This document shows, piece by piece, positions 1 through 8,235 of a DNA stretch of 32,000 bases. Position 1 is the first letter of the stretch; each line of letters begins with the position of its first letter. Made by a program: the position numbers and the translations under genes. The stretch is from NCBI RefSeq assembly GCF_000010065.1, contig NC_006576.1, forward strand, positions 1,080,001 to 1,112,000. The letters are read 5' to 3'. Below the pieces are notes generated by a model. It ran no database searches, was not told the origin of the DNA, and worked only from the letters and a program-made list of their open reading frames with translations. This stretch comes from Synechococcus elongatus PCC 6301. GTDB taxonomy: Bacteria; Cyanobacteriota; Cyanobacteriia; Synechococcales; Synechococcaceae.

Positions 1-2
1 AT

Positions 3-530
3 GTCGGCTACGGTCAGCCCTACACCAGTACTGTCGAGCTGGTCAACGGCGAAATTGGCGACGATGTAGCCTACTACTTGGCCAGCTCTGAGCAAACACC
101 TTCAGCGATTCTGCTAGGGGTTTATCTTGATCGCCAAGGGGTCGAAGCCGCCGGTGGGCTATTGATTCAAGTGCTGCCCCAAGCCGCTCGCGATCCAGAG
201 CTGGTCAGCTTGCTGGAATCGCGGATCAGCCATCTGAAAGGCTTCACGCAACTCCTACGATCGGGCAAGGATTTGCCAGAGATTCTGGAAGACCTGCTGG
301 GCGACTTGGATCTGACAATTCTGGCCGAACCACGATCGCTGCGGTTTTTCTGCCCCTGTACCCACCAACGGATGCTAGGCGCTCTCAAAATCTTTGGGGC
401 ACCGGAACTGCGCGACATGATCGCCAAGGATCAAGGGGCCGAGGCAACCTGCGAGTTTTGTAGCGAGGTCTATCAAGCCAGCATTGAAGAGCTGGAAGAA
501 CTGATCAGCGACTTGGAAACCGCCGCTTAA
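3..530 (+). CDS. hslO: Hsp33 redox-regulated chaperone, C-terminal part (5' end lies outside the window)
   Basis: Frame 3 is open from base 3 (VGYGQPYTSTVELVNGEIGDDVAYYLASSEQ...). It ends at TAA 528-530. The C-terminal CPC...CEFC four-Cys zinc centre is typical of Hsp33. Confidence 0.9.
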   Translation, partial: VGYGQPYTSTVELVNGEIGDDVAYYLASSEQTPSAILLGVYLDRQGVEAAGGLLIQVLPQAARDPELVSLLESRISHLKGFTQLLRSGKDLPEILEDLLGDLDLTILAEPRSLRFFCPCTHQRMLGALKIFGAPELRDMIAKDQGAEATCEFCSEVYQASIEELEELISDLETAA

Positions 531-581
531 TCCTGTCCACTCTTCCAAAACTGCTAGCTCGGACAAACCGCGATCGCCCAA

Positions 582-1196
582 TCAGTGCAGAAAGGTGGCG
601 ATCGCCCAGAGCAACAGCAGGGCAAAGGCTGTGGCAATCTGCTCGGGGCTGAGCGGGCCAAGAACAGGAATGAGTCCCGCGATCGCGGTACCGGCGAGCA
701 GCCCCACTAGCAACGCCGCAAAAGAGAAGAGAGCAGCCCGCCCAAAGTGGTTCTCTTTACGCATCACCAGCCAAATTGCACTGCCAATCCCGGCCACCAG
801 CAGCAGTTGCAGAATAGTGGGTTGTAGGCGCGGGAAGAGCGACACCACCAGCAGCCCGCCAAAGAGCAGCGAGCTGATCAACAACTCCTGCGGCTGAGGT
901 TTATCAAAAAAGCGACCCGCCCAGGCTGGTGCCGAGGGTGTCGGGAACGTCGGTGTTTTCTTGGACTCTACGATCGGCTTTTCGGCAAAGCGAATCCGCT
1001 CCGGCACCTTGATCTTGCCTTCTTGGCGTAGCCGCAAGCGCTCCATCAGAATGGCGTCGTAGGCGGTCTCGATGGCAGTCCGCTGCGGTGAATCGGGTTC
1101 TAGTTCTGCCAGCCGGCGATCGCGGGTTGCTTGAATTTCATCAAAAGAGGCGGATTCTGCAACACCCAGCCGTTCGTAAGGAGTTTGGTCTGCCAT
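582..1196 (-). CDS. J-like domain membrane protein (CPP1/CDF1-, DUF3353-like)
   Basis: 204-aa ORF. The N-terminal J-like helix pattern is PYERLGV..FDEIQ..AYDAILMERL, with EPD where DnaJ has HPD. A linker and about 3 hydrophobic helices follow. Confidence 0.7.
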   Translation of the reverse strand: MADQTPYERLGVAESASFDEIQATRDRRLAELEPDSPQRTAIETAYDAILMERLRLRQEGKIKVPERIRFAEKPIVESKKTPTFPTPSAPAWAGRFFDKPQPQELLISSLLFGGLLVVSLFPRLQPTILQLLLVAGIGSAIWLVMRKENHFGRAALFSFAALLVGLLAGTAIAGLIPVLGPLSPEQIATAFALLLLWAIATFLH

Positions 1197-1273
1197 CGCA
1201 CTTGGGCTCTACAGAGTGGGTTGAAATTCTCTGCTCTATGGTATTGCGTCCAGCCCAATGCTCGAGTTGTTGT

Positions 1274-1465
1274 CTAGCAGAAGGGCGTGGGCCAGAGGGT
1301 CGCTGGCTCGCGATCGCGGCAGACGGACTGGGCCGCCAGACTCGATCGCAGCAGAGTTTGCTGCAAGGGCGACTGCTGCAGTTTGGGGTACCACGGTCCA
1401 ATCACCACTGCAGTCAGGGCCGCTAGCGCAGCGGTCTGAGCCGCAATCGGTAATTCTGTCAGCAT
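1274..1465 (-). CDS. Possible small (63 aa) hypothetical protein with one N-terminal hydrophobic helix
   Basis: ATG-initiated ORF (MLTELPIAAQTAALAALTAVVIGPW...) in an otherwise unassigned 460-nt GC-normal spacer. Codon choice looks host-like. No recognisable motif. Confidence 0.25.
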   Translation of the reverse strand: MLTELPIAAQTAALAALTAVVIGPWYPKLQQSPLQQTLLRSSLAAQSVCRDREPATLWPTPFC

Positions 1466-1659
1466 TGCACCTTTACTCCCCACACCTGGCCTAGGCTTCA
1501 CGCTACTGGGATAGCCATGAAGCTGGCATCAAGCGACTGTAAAGCTTGCATAAAGCAGACTATGCCAATCGATCGCGATCGCGAAGGGAATGTTAAGGCT
1601 CAGTGAAAGCCAGAGCAGCTCTCTAGACTAAGGGCAGATCAAAAGGTCTGCGCAAGCCA

Positions 1660-2373
1660 ATGGAGACAGCCAAAATTTTGGTCGTGGATGATGACAGCGC
1701 GGTCCGAACTTTGTTAGTGCGCTTTCTATCGCGCCAAGGCTATCAGGTAGAAGCCGCAATCGATGGCAGCAGTGCCTTGGCTCAGTTCGAGCGCTTTAGC
1801 CCAGATTTGTTGATTCTGGACGTTAACCTGCCGGATACCAACGGCTATCAACTCTGCGAGATTGTTCAGAAACGCACAGGCGTCTACGTCATTTTGCTGA
1901 CCAGTCGCGATGATGAGGCCGATATTCTGACCGGCTTTGCTAAAGGCGCGGACGACTACATCACCAAGCCGTTTTCGCTGATGAGTGTGGGGGCGCGGAT
2001 CGCGGCGATTTTACGACGGCAGCGCCATATCGAAACTGCCAGCCAGCCAGCGCTGCACTACGAGCAATTGCAGATTGATCCGGCCCGGCGCGAGGTCTCA
2101 TTTGCAGGCCAACCCATCCTGTTGACAGCCTTGGAGTTTGATCTGTTGCACTTTCTGGCAACGCATCCCGATCGCGTTTGGCGGCGCAATGAGTTGATTC
2201 AGGAAGTTTGGGAATACGATTACGTCGGCGATCAGCGCGTGGTCGATGTACACATTGGTCAAATCCGCAAAAAGCTTGAGGTCAATCCCGAGCTGGCTTG
2301 TCCAATTCAAACGGTGCGCGGGGTGGGCTACAAGTTTGAGTCAACAGGAATGAGCCTTTCGCGACTGGCCTAG
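1660..2373 (+). CDS. OmpR/PhoB-family response regulator (receiver + winged-helix), no adjacent histidine kinase
   Basis: The receiver motifs are all present: VVDDD, the acceptor Asp in LILDVNLPD, LLTSR and ITKPF. The C-terminal winged helix reads VDVHIGQIRKKL...TVRGVGYKF. Confidence 0.9.
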   Translation: METAKILVVDDDSAVRTLLVRFLSRQGYQVEAAIDGSSALAQFERFSPDLLILDVNLPDTNGYQLCEIVQKRTGVYVILLTSRDDEADILTGFAKGADDYITKPFSLMSVGARIAAILRRQRHIETASQPALHYEQLQIDPARREVSFAGQPILLTALEFDLLHFLATHPDRVWRRNELIQEVWEYDYVGDQRVVDVHIGQIRKKLEVNPELACPIQTVRGVGYKFESTGMSLSRLA

Positions 2374-3089
2374 GGAAAGGCGGGCGGGTACTTAAGGCGA
2401 TCGCTGCTGACCCGCCAAGTCGGTAGAAATTGATCGAGTAACTGATAGAAACGGGGCGTGTGGTGATGCTCTAGCAAATGCACAAGCTCATGCACGACGA
2501 CGGACTCCAAGCAATGCGGCGGGTATTTCGCGAGCTCTAGGTTGAGCCAAATCCGGCGATCGCGAATGTTGCAACTGCCCCAGCGAGTTTTCATGCGTTT
2601 GATTCGCCATTCTGCAGCAGTGACCTTGAGTTTGGGTTGCCAGTGATCGAGTAAGGGCGGAATTTGGGTTTGTAATTGCTGGCGATACCACTGGTGTAAA
2701 AGGCGCTCGCGATCGCTGCAAGAGTCATTCGGCTCAGTCTGAAGGGTAAGCACTTTAGCTGCGTGGTCGAAGTGAAGCGATCGCTTAGAGGTGTGGGGTT
2801 GAACCTGAAGCTGATAGGGAATACCCCAGAGATAATGGATTTCGCCACTGATTAATTGCATAGCAGTCGGTCGTGATCGGACTTTCGCTTGTTGCTCGGT
2901 CAACCATGTCTGTTTGCGTTGCAACAAGGGCAAGAGATCAGCTTCTCTGCAATGGAGCGGCACGGTGACTTGAATGCGACCATCCGGAGGATAGACCCGA
3001 AAGTAGAGGTGCTTAATCGGTTTGCGTACAACCGCGATCGCGAGATCATCCAACTGAATCCAAGTTTGGGGTGCTGGGAGCTTGCTCAT
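2370..3089 (-). CDS. YgjP-like / DUF45 (M48-type) zinc metallohydrolase
   Basis: 239-aa ORF with C-terminal WGSC...VVVHELVHLLEHHH (HExxH) motif. Confidence 0.8.
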   Translation of the reverse strand: MSKLPAPQTWIQLDDLAIAVVRKPIKHLYFRVYPPDGRIQVTVPLHCREADLLPLLQRKQTWLTEQQAKVRSRPTAMQLISGEIHYLWGIPYQLQVQPHTSKRSLHFDHAAKVLTLQTEPNDSCSDRERLLHQWYRQQLQTQIPPLLDHWQPKLKVTAAEWRIKRMKTRWGSCNIRDRRIWLNLELAKYPPHCLESVVVHELVHLLEHHHTPRFYQLLDQFLPTWRVSSDRLKYPPAFP

Positions 3090-3193
3090 CAGGAGGAATT
3101 GTTATTGCGATCGCAGTGAGCATTGCACAATTAAAAGCCCTCCACCGATCAACAGCAGAGGGTTAACTAGGCGGGGACTTATGGGGACGATCG

Positions 3194-4285
3194 CTACACG
3201 TTGAAGCGGAAGAGCATCACATCACCCTCTTGGACGATGTATTCCTTACCTTCACTGCGCACCAGCCCTTTTTCTTTGGCAGCGGTCATAGAGCCTGTTG
3301 CAACCAGATCGGCATAGGCAACAGTTTCTGCTCGGATAAAACCGCGCTCAAAATCGGAGTGGATCACACCTGCGGCCTGTGGAGCAGTCATGCCAGCCCG
3401 AATCGTCCAAGCCCGTGTTTCCTTCGGCCCCGTGGTGAAGTAAGTCCGCAGACCGAGCAGCGCATAGGTTGCCCGAATCAAGGATTGCAAACCACCTTCT
3501 TCTACGCCCAAGGAGCCTAGATAGTCGGCTCGCTCTTCCTCGGGTAGTTCCACCAGCTCCGCTTCCACTTGTGCAGAGATGATTACAACCTGCGCATTTT
3601 CTGCAGCGGCTAGCGATCGCACTTGCTCAACGTAGGCATTCCCCGTCGCTAACTCGCCTTCCGAGACATTCGCTCCGTAGATCAGCGGCTTGCGCGTCAG
3701 CAAGTCTAAGGGCGCAATCAGCGCTTCTTCCTCTTCTGTCAGCTCAAACTGTCGCGCGGACTTGCCAGCATCCAGATGGGGCTGGAGTCGCTCTAAAACT
3801 GCCAGTTCAGCTGCCGCTTCCTTGTTCGTGCGGGCCTGTTTGCGCAGTCGCTCAATCCGGCGTTCGATTTGCCCCAGATCAGCCAGCGCTAGCTCCAAGT
3901 TGATGATTTCGATGTCCCGCGCTGGATCGACGGAACCTGCCACGTGGATGATGTCGTCATCATCAAAGCAGCGCACCACCTGAACGATGGCATCAACTTG
4001 GCGAATGTGGGACAGAAACTGGTTGCCCAGCCCTTCACCTTGGCTGGCCCCTTTGACCAAGCCTGCGATATCGACGAACTCAATGCGCGTCGGTACCGTC
4101 TGCTCTGAGCTAGAGATCTCTGTCAGGGCAGCCAGCCGGGTATCCGGCACGGCAACAACTCCGACGTTCGGCTCAATTGTGCAGAACGGAAAATTGGCGG
4201 CTTGGGCTTTAGCGTTCGCCACAAGCGCGTTGAATAACGTGGATTTGCCTACATTGGGTAGGCCAACAATACCGGCTCTAAGCAT
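3194..4285 (-). CDS. ychF: Ribosome-binding ATPase YchF
   Basis: 363 aa. It has the P-loop [14 protein letters not shown], the [10 protein letters not shown] motif, and the C-terminal YchF-type domain (FERGFIRAE...[19 protein letters not shown]). Confidence 0.95.
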   Translation of the reverse strand: MLRAGIVGLPNVGKSTLFNALVANAKAQAANFPFCTIEPNVGVVAVPDTRLAALTEISSSEQTVPTRIEFVDIAGLVKGASQGEGLGNQFLSHIRQVDAIVQVVRCFDDDDIIHVAGSVDPARDIEIINLELALADLGQIERRIERLRKQARTNKEAAAELAVLERLQPHLDAGKSARQFELTEEEEALIAPLDLLTRKPLIYGANVSEGELATGNAYVEQVRSLAAAENAQVVIISAQVEAELVELPEEERADYLGSLGVEEGGLQSLIRATYALLGLRTYFTTGPKETRAWTIRAGMTAPQAAGVIHSDFERGFIRAETVAYADLVATGSMTAAKEKGLVRSEGKEYIVQEGDVMLFRFNV

Positions 4286-4344
4286 GGCATCTACTCTACC
4301 GCGCTGCCGCTCTCCCCTCGCTCGTTAGAATCAGAATTTCTCGC

Positions 4345-5697
4345 ATGACTTCCTCAACACCCATGAAAGTGAAATGGCTGGAGCCGATTCGGCAAGTTCA
4401 CCCGTGGGTGCTCATCGTGATTGCGATCGCGGTGATCGGCAGTGGATCGGGGATCTGGTGGCTGCTGCGATCGCGGGCGAGTGAAGCCGTTCTCGATCGC
4501 TACACAGTGCCGGTCAAAGTCGAGACGCTACAAGAGAAAGTGACTGCCAGCGGTAGCATTGTTCCGATTCGCACCGTCAACCTCAGCCCCAAGACCGCCG
4601 GTCTCTTGGTCGAAGTGTTGGTGGAGCAAGGACAGAAAGTCCAGCAGGGTCAGCTGATCGCCCGCATGGATAACCGCGAGCTCCGCGCCCAGCAACTCCA
4701 AGCCCGAGCCGCACTCGCTGCTGCCCAGGCACAACTCCAGGTACTGCGCAACGGCACTCGCCCTGAAGTGCTTGACCAAGGTCGCGAAGCGATTCGCCAG
4801 GCTCAAGCGGCTGCCCAACAAGCCGCCGCGCGTCGCGCTCTGGCCCAGCAGGAATTAAAACGGCAGGAAGCCTTGGTAGGAGAAGGGGCGATCGCTCGCC
4901 AAGCCTACGATCGCGCTTTGACTGATGCGGCTGAAACCGATGCGGCCCTCCAACAGGCGATCGGGTGGTTGCGTGAGGTCGAACGTCGCCAGCAGGAATT
5001 GCAAAATGGCGCTCGGCCCGAAGAAGTTCGGCAGGCCGAAGCCCGCGTTGGTGAAGCGATCGGTCGCCTCCAATCCGTAGAAGTGCAGCTTGCCGACACA
5101 GAAATTCGCGCGCCCTTCAGCGGCATCATTACTCAGCGCTACGCCGATCCGGGCGCTTTTGTGACGCCAACCACCTCTGCTTCCGCCACCGCCAGCGCCA
5201 CGTCTACCTCGATCGTCGCCCTCGCCGAAGGACTGGAAGTGCTGGCACAAGTCCCAGAAGTGGACATCAGCCGCATTCGTGTCGGCCAGTCGGTACAGGT
5301 GCGGGTCGATGCTTTCCCGACACAGACCTTTGAGGGCAAGGTGCGGTTGGTAGCACCAGAAGCAGTGGAAGAGCAAAACGTCACCTCTTTTCAGGTTCGG
5401 GTGACCTTGCAAACTGGCCAGAACCAGCTGGGATCCGGGATGAACGCGGACCTCGACTTCATTGGGCGATCGCTGCCCCGAGCACTGGTGATCCCAACCG
5501 TCGCGATCGTCACCCGCGAAGGCAAAAGCGGGGTGCTGATTCCCGATACTGCCGGCAAGCCGGAGTTTCGACCGGTGATTTTGGGTGCTGCCGTTGGCAA
5601 CGAAACCCAAATCCTACAAGGACTCCAGCGCGATGAACGGATCTTTATTGACCTCCCGCCGGGACAGAAGTGGAACCCCGAAACCAGCGATCGCTAG
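4345..5697 (+). CDS. HlyD-family membrane-fusion (periplasmic adaptor) protein
   Basis: 450 aa. It has an N-terminal TM anchor and a long Ala/Gln/Arg-rich coiled-coil hairpin. The lipoyl and beta-barrel signatures are ARMDNRE...IRAPFSGIIT...VGQSVQVRVDAFP. No transporter partner gene is adjacent. Confidence 0.85.
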   Translation: MTSSTPMKVKWLEPIRQVHPWVLIVIAIAVIGSGSGIWWLLRSRASEAVLDRYTVPVKVETLQEKVTASGSIVPIRTVNLSPKTAGLLVEVLVEQGQKVQQGQLIARMDNRELRAQQLQARAALAAAQAQLQVLRNGTRPEVLDQGREAIRQAQAAAQQAAARRALAQQELKRQEALVGEGAIARQAYDRALTDAAETDAALQQAIGWLREVERRQQELQNGARPEEVRQAEARVGEAIGRLQSVEVQLADTEIRAPFSGIITQRYADPGAFVTPTTSASATASATSTSIVALAEGLEVLAQVPEVDISRIRVGQSVQVRVDAFPTQTFEGKVRLVAPEAVEEQNVTSFQVRVTLQTGQNQLGSGMNADLDFIGRSLPRALVIPTVAIVTREGKSGVLIPDTAGKPEFRPVILGAAVGNETQILQGLQRDERIFIDLPPGQKWNPETSDR

Positions 5698-6812
5698 GCG
5701 CTGCCGAGGAACTGGCGACTGAGCTGGACAATCCGGCCAGAAGCCTGACCATCGCCAAAGGGATTTGCCGCATTGGCCATCGCTGCATAGGCGGCCGGAT
5801 CTTGGAGCAAGGTCAGGGCTTCTTGGGCAATGCGATCGGCTTGGGTACCAATCAATTTGGCTGTGCCGGCTGTCACTGCCTCCGGCCGCTCTGTTGTTTC
5901 CCGTAGCACCAACACCGGTTTACCCAAGCTGGGAGCTTCTTCTTGTAAACCGCCCGAATCCGTTAGCAGCAGGGTCGATCGTTGAATCGCACCGACCAGT
6001 TCGCTGTAATCCAACGGCTCAGTCAAAAAGACGCGAGGATGTTGGCCCAGTAAGGCTTGCAGCGGCTCCCGCACCGTCGGGTTGCGGTGCAGGGGCAGTA
6101 GGAGGGCAGCATCCGGCACCGCTTCGAGGATCGCTAGGAAGCCTTGAGCAATGTCCTGCAGCGGTTCGCCCCAGTTTTCACGGCGGTGCACCGTTGCGAG
6201 CAGCACCCGATAGCGCGACCAATCTAAACCCGCGATCGGGCAGTCAGGCTGGCGATCGGCCACGGTCAACAGGGCATCAATCACCGTGTTGCCCGTCAGA
6301 TGCACTTCGCCAACCACCCCAGAAGCTCGCAAGTTCTCAACCGCCAACGGCGTCGGTGCAAAGTGAAGCTGGGCAATTTGCGAAATCAGCCGCCGATTGG
6401 CCTCCTCGGGATAGGGATTGAAGAGATTATCGGTACGCAGGCCCGCTTCAACGTGCCCGACAGGAATTTTCTGATAAAAGGCCGCTAGGGCTGCCGCAAA
6501 GGCAGTGGTGGTGTCGCCCTGGACGAGAACCAGTTGTGGCTCTAACTCTTGGAATAGAGTTTCCAGTCCTTCGAGACTGCGACTGGTAATACTAGTCAGG
6601 GTTTGGCGGGGCTGCATGATCGCCAAATCGCGATCGGGTTGCAGGCCAAACAGCTGCATCACCTGTTCAACCATCTCGCGGTGCTGGCCAGTCAGGACCA
6701 CTTGGGTTTGAAAAGTAGGGTCCTGCTGAAAGGCTCGAATCACCGGCGCCAACTTAATCGCTTCGGGGCGAGTTCCCAAGGTGATGCAGACGCGAATCGG
6801 AGCCTGAGTCAT
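5694..6812 (-). CDS. wecB: UDP-N-acetylglucosamine 2-epimerase (non-hydrolysing)
   Basis: 372 aa. Motifs: LGTRPEAIKLAPV, GHVEAGLRT, TDSGGLQEEAPSLGKPVLVLRETTERPE. Confidence 0.9.
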   Translation of the reverse strand: MTQAPIRVCITLGTRPEAIKLAPVIRAFQQDPTFQTQVVLTGQHREMVEQVMQLFGLQPDRDLAIMQPRQTLTSITSRSLEGLETLFQELEPQLVLVQGDTTTAFAAALAAFYQKIPVGHVEAGLRTDNLFNPYPEEANRRLISQIAQLHFAPTPLAVENLRASGVVGEVHLTGNTVIDALLTVADRQPDCPIAGLDWSRYRVLLATVHRRENWGEPLQDIAQGFLAILEAVPDAALLLPLHRNPTVREPLQALLGQHPRVFLTEPLDYSELVGAIQRSTLLLTDSGGLQEEAPSLGKPVLVLRETTERPEAVTAGTAKLIGTQADRIAQEALTLLQDPAAYAAMANAANPFGDGQASGRIVQLSRQFLGSA

Positions 6813-6870
6813 GGCGGGTACAGGATCGACCCACCCATCCTATAGCGATCGCTGGCGCAACATCCCCACA

Positions 6871-6900
6871 AAAAAAAACCCGGTGTTTGCGACCGGGTTT
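6871..6900 (-). terminator. Rho-independent terminator after the 6918..7310 gene
   Basis: On the minus strand it reads aaacccggt-cgcaaac-accggg followed by a T run (complement of the A run at 6871-6878). The stem pairs 6879-6884 with 6892-6897. Confidence 0.75.
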
Positions 6901-6917
6901 CTATTTCAAATCACGCC

Positions 6918-7310
6918 CTAGAGAACGCTGAATCGACTTAGTTGTCGAGCCTCGCAGGTTAGGGGGCAAGCCGCAAACCGCGAAGTCACCGTTGCATCCG
7001 TGTTTCCATTCAGCCAAGGCAGCCATGTCACTTCTTGCGGATGAACCCCCCGCAAGGTCAGCATCACCGCAGGAATCACGCTCGCGAGCAACAACCCACC
7101 AAAGACCAAGCCGCTGACGAGCAAGACGGCACTGACTGGCATCACTGCTTGCAGAACCACCGAAGCCAAAGCTGCGATCGCAGTCAGCACGACCACCGCT
7201 GGAAAGCCCACGACCAGGAAACAAACCAGGAACGTGAACATCCAGAGCAAAAAGCCCCGAATCCAGAATTGCGAACCCCGTACGGGGACGGACAGCTGAG
7301 CTGCGACCAT
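6918..7310 (-). CDS. Hypothetical membrane protein (about 3 TM helices)
   Basis: The ORF is open to 7382. The ATG at 7310 is preceded by AGGAG 8 nt upstream, so the 130-aa form is preferred. It is strongly hydrophobic (FLLWMFTFLVCFLVVGFPAVVVLTAIAALASVVL...). Confidence 0.55.
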   Translation of the reverse strand: MVAAQLSVPVRGSQFWIRGFLLWMFTFLVCFLVVGFPAVVVLTAIAALASVVLQAVMPVSAVLLVSGLVFGGLLLASVIPAVMLTLRGVHPQEVTWLPWLNGNTDATVTSRFAACPLTCEARQLSRFSVL

Positions 7311-7451
7311 GACCCTAGCTCCTGAACAGTCGTGAGAGGTGAAAAAGCTTTGTCTGCGAGATGGCTGCAGACTTGGACACATCCTAAGAGAAGTTTTTTG
7401 GGATTATGAACACTGTTAACAAAAGTTTGCTTTAGAGTCAGTTAAGACCCG

Positions 7452-7469
7452 GAAATTCAGTAGAAATTC
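7452..7469. promoter_or_regulatory. Direct repeat GAAATTC-N4-GAAATTC (11-bp phasing), candidate regulator binding site
   Basis: There are exact 7-mers at 7452-7458 and 7463-7469, inside the AT-rich spacer upstream of the minus-strand membrane-protein gene. The architecture resembles winged-helix response-regulator boxes. There is no functional evidence. Confidence 0.25.
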
Positions 7470-7843
7470 CTAGTCCAATCCGTCGAGCCTAGGAACGCAA
7501 AAGCACCTAAGTATAAATACGCAATAGCAGCAATTGTAGGTCGAAAGCCTTGGTGGTAACTGCAATCTAGCTATCCTTTTCGGATTACTCTCTGGAAGAT
7601 CAAAAAGCTTGAAATAGGCTCAGACGTTATCTTCTAGGAATTTTGATTCTGAGCAGGATAAATATTTCTTTCTGAAAGAAAATGATGTTACAAGAATTCT
7701 CAGATTTCTCCGTCGATCGCTCTCAGCTGGCGATCGCTGATGGCGAACTGTTACGGGCTTCGCGGGATACCGCGAGGCAGCGGACTGGTGACTCCTGCAC
7801 TCACCGAAGCATGAGGAGTCGCAGTAAATCCGTCGTGGACTGA

Positions 7844-8227
7844 TCAGGGATTTGCCTCGGGCGATCGCGCTTCATAGCTGCGGCAACCGGCGCAGGGACC
7901 TTCGGGCTGGACAGCACAGCGCAATAGTTTTGAGTGGGCATTGTAGAGGCAGCTACTGTCGCCAATCACCCAGCGTCCCTGCCAAAAACTGCGTTCATTC
8001 GGCCGCGGCGCTGCTTGCACATAGAGCGAAATTTGACTGAGTCGGTAGGCTCCCGCTCGATATTGGTAGCGATGGCGTCGCTCTAGCACCGCATAGCTGC
8101 GATCGGCCACTTCGACATGACTGGCAGGCTGCGGTAGCCAGTCGAGCTGCAGAGAACCAAGATGCTGCTGATTCTTGGCTAGGAAGACATCGGTAGGAAG
8201 ACCGGCCGACAGCCAGAGTTCGGTCAT
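7844..8227 (-). CDS. Conserved-looking hypothetical protein with C-terminal four-Cys cluster (possibly the cyanobacterial DUF6464 family)
   Basis: 127-aa ORF with host-like codon use. The C-terminal Cys cluster is CLYNAHSKLLRC-x7-CAGC. The family name comes from memory only. Confidence 0.55.
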   Translation of the reverse strand: MTELWLSAGLPTDVFLAKNQQHLGSLQLDWLPQPASHVEVADRSYAVLERRHRYQYRAGAYRLSQISLYVQAAPRPNERSFWQGRWVIGDSSCLYNAHSKLLRCAVQPEGPCAGCRSYEARSPEANP

Positions 8228-8235
8228 GACTGCAA

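Noticed and set aside
4855-5610. 251-aa minus-strand ORF opposite the HlyD-type gene, and the 218-aa plus-strand ORF 5765..6421 opposite wecB
   Set aside because: The same antisense-shadow explanation applies. The opposite strands carry complete, motif-bearing genes, and these ORFs have low-complexity R/G/P/A composition.
7791-7804. ACTCCTGCACTCAC resembling the Yfr1 sRNA core motif ACUCCUCACAC, flanked by hairpins
   Set aside because: The motif is not an exact match (there is an inserted GC), it is partly base-paired in the local hairpin, and no U-tailed terminator follows.
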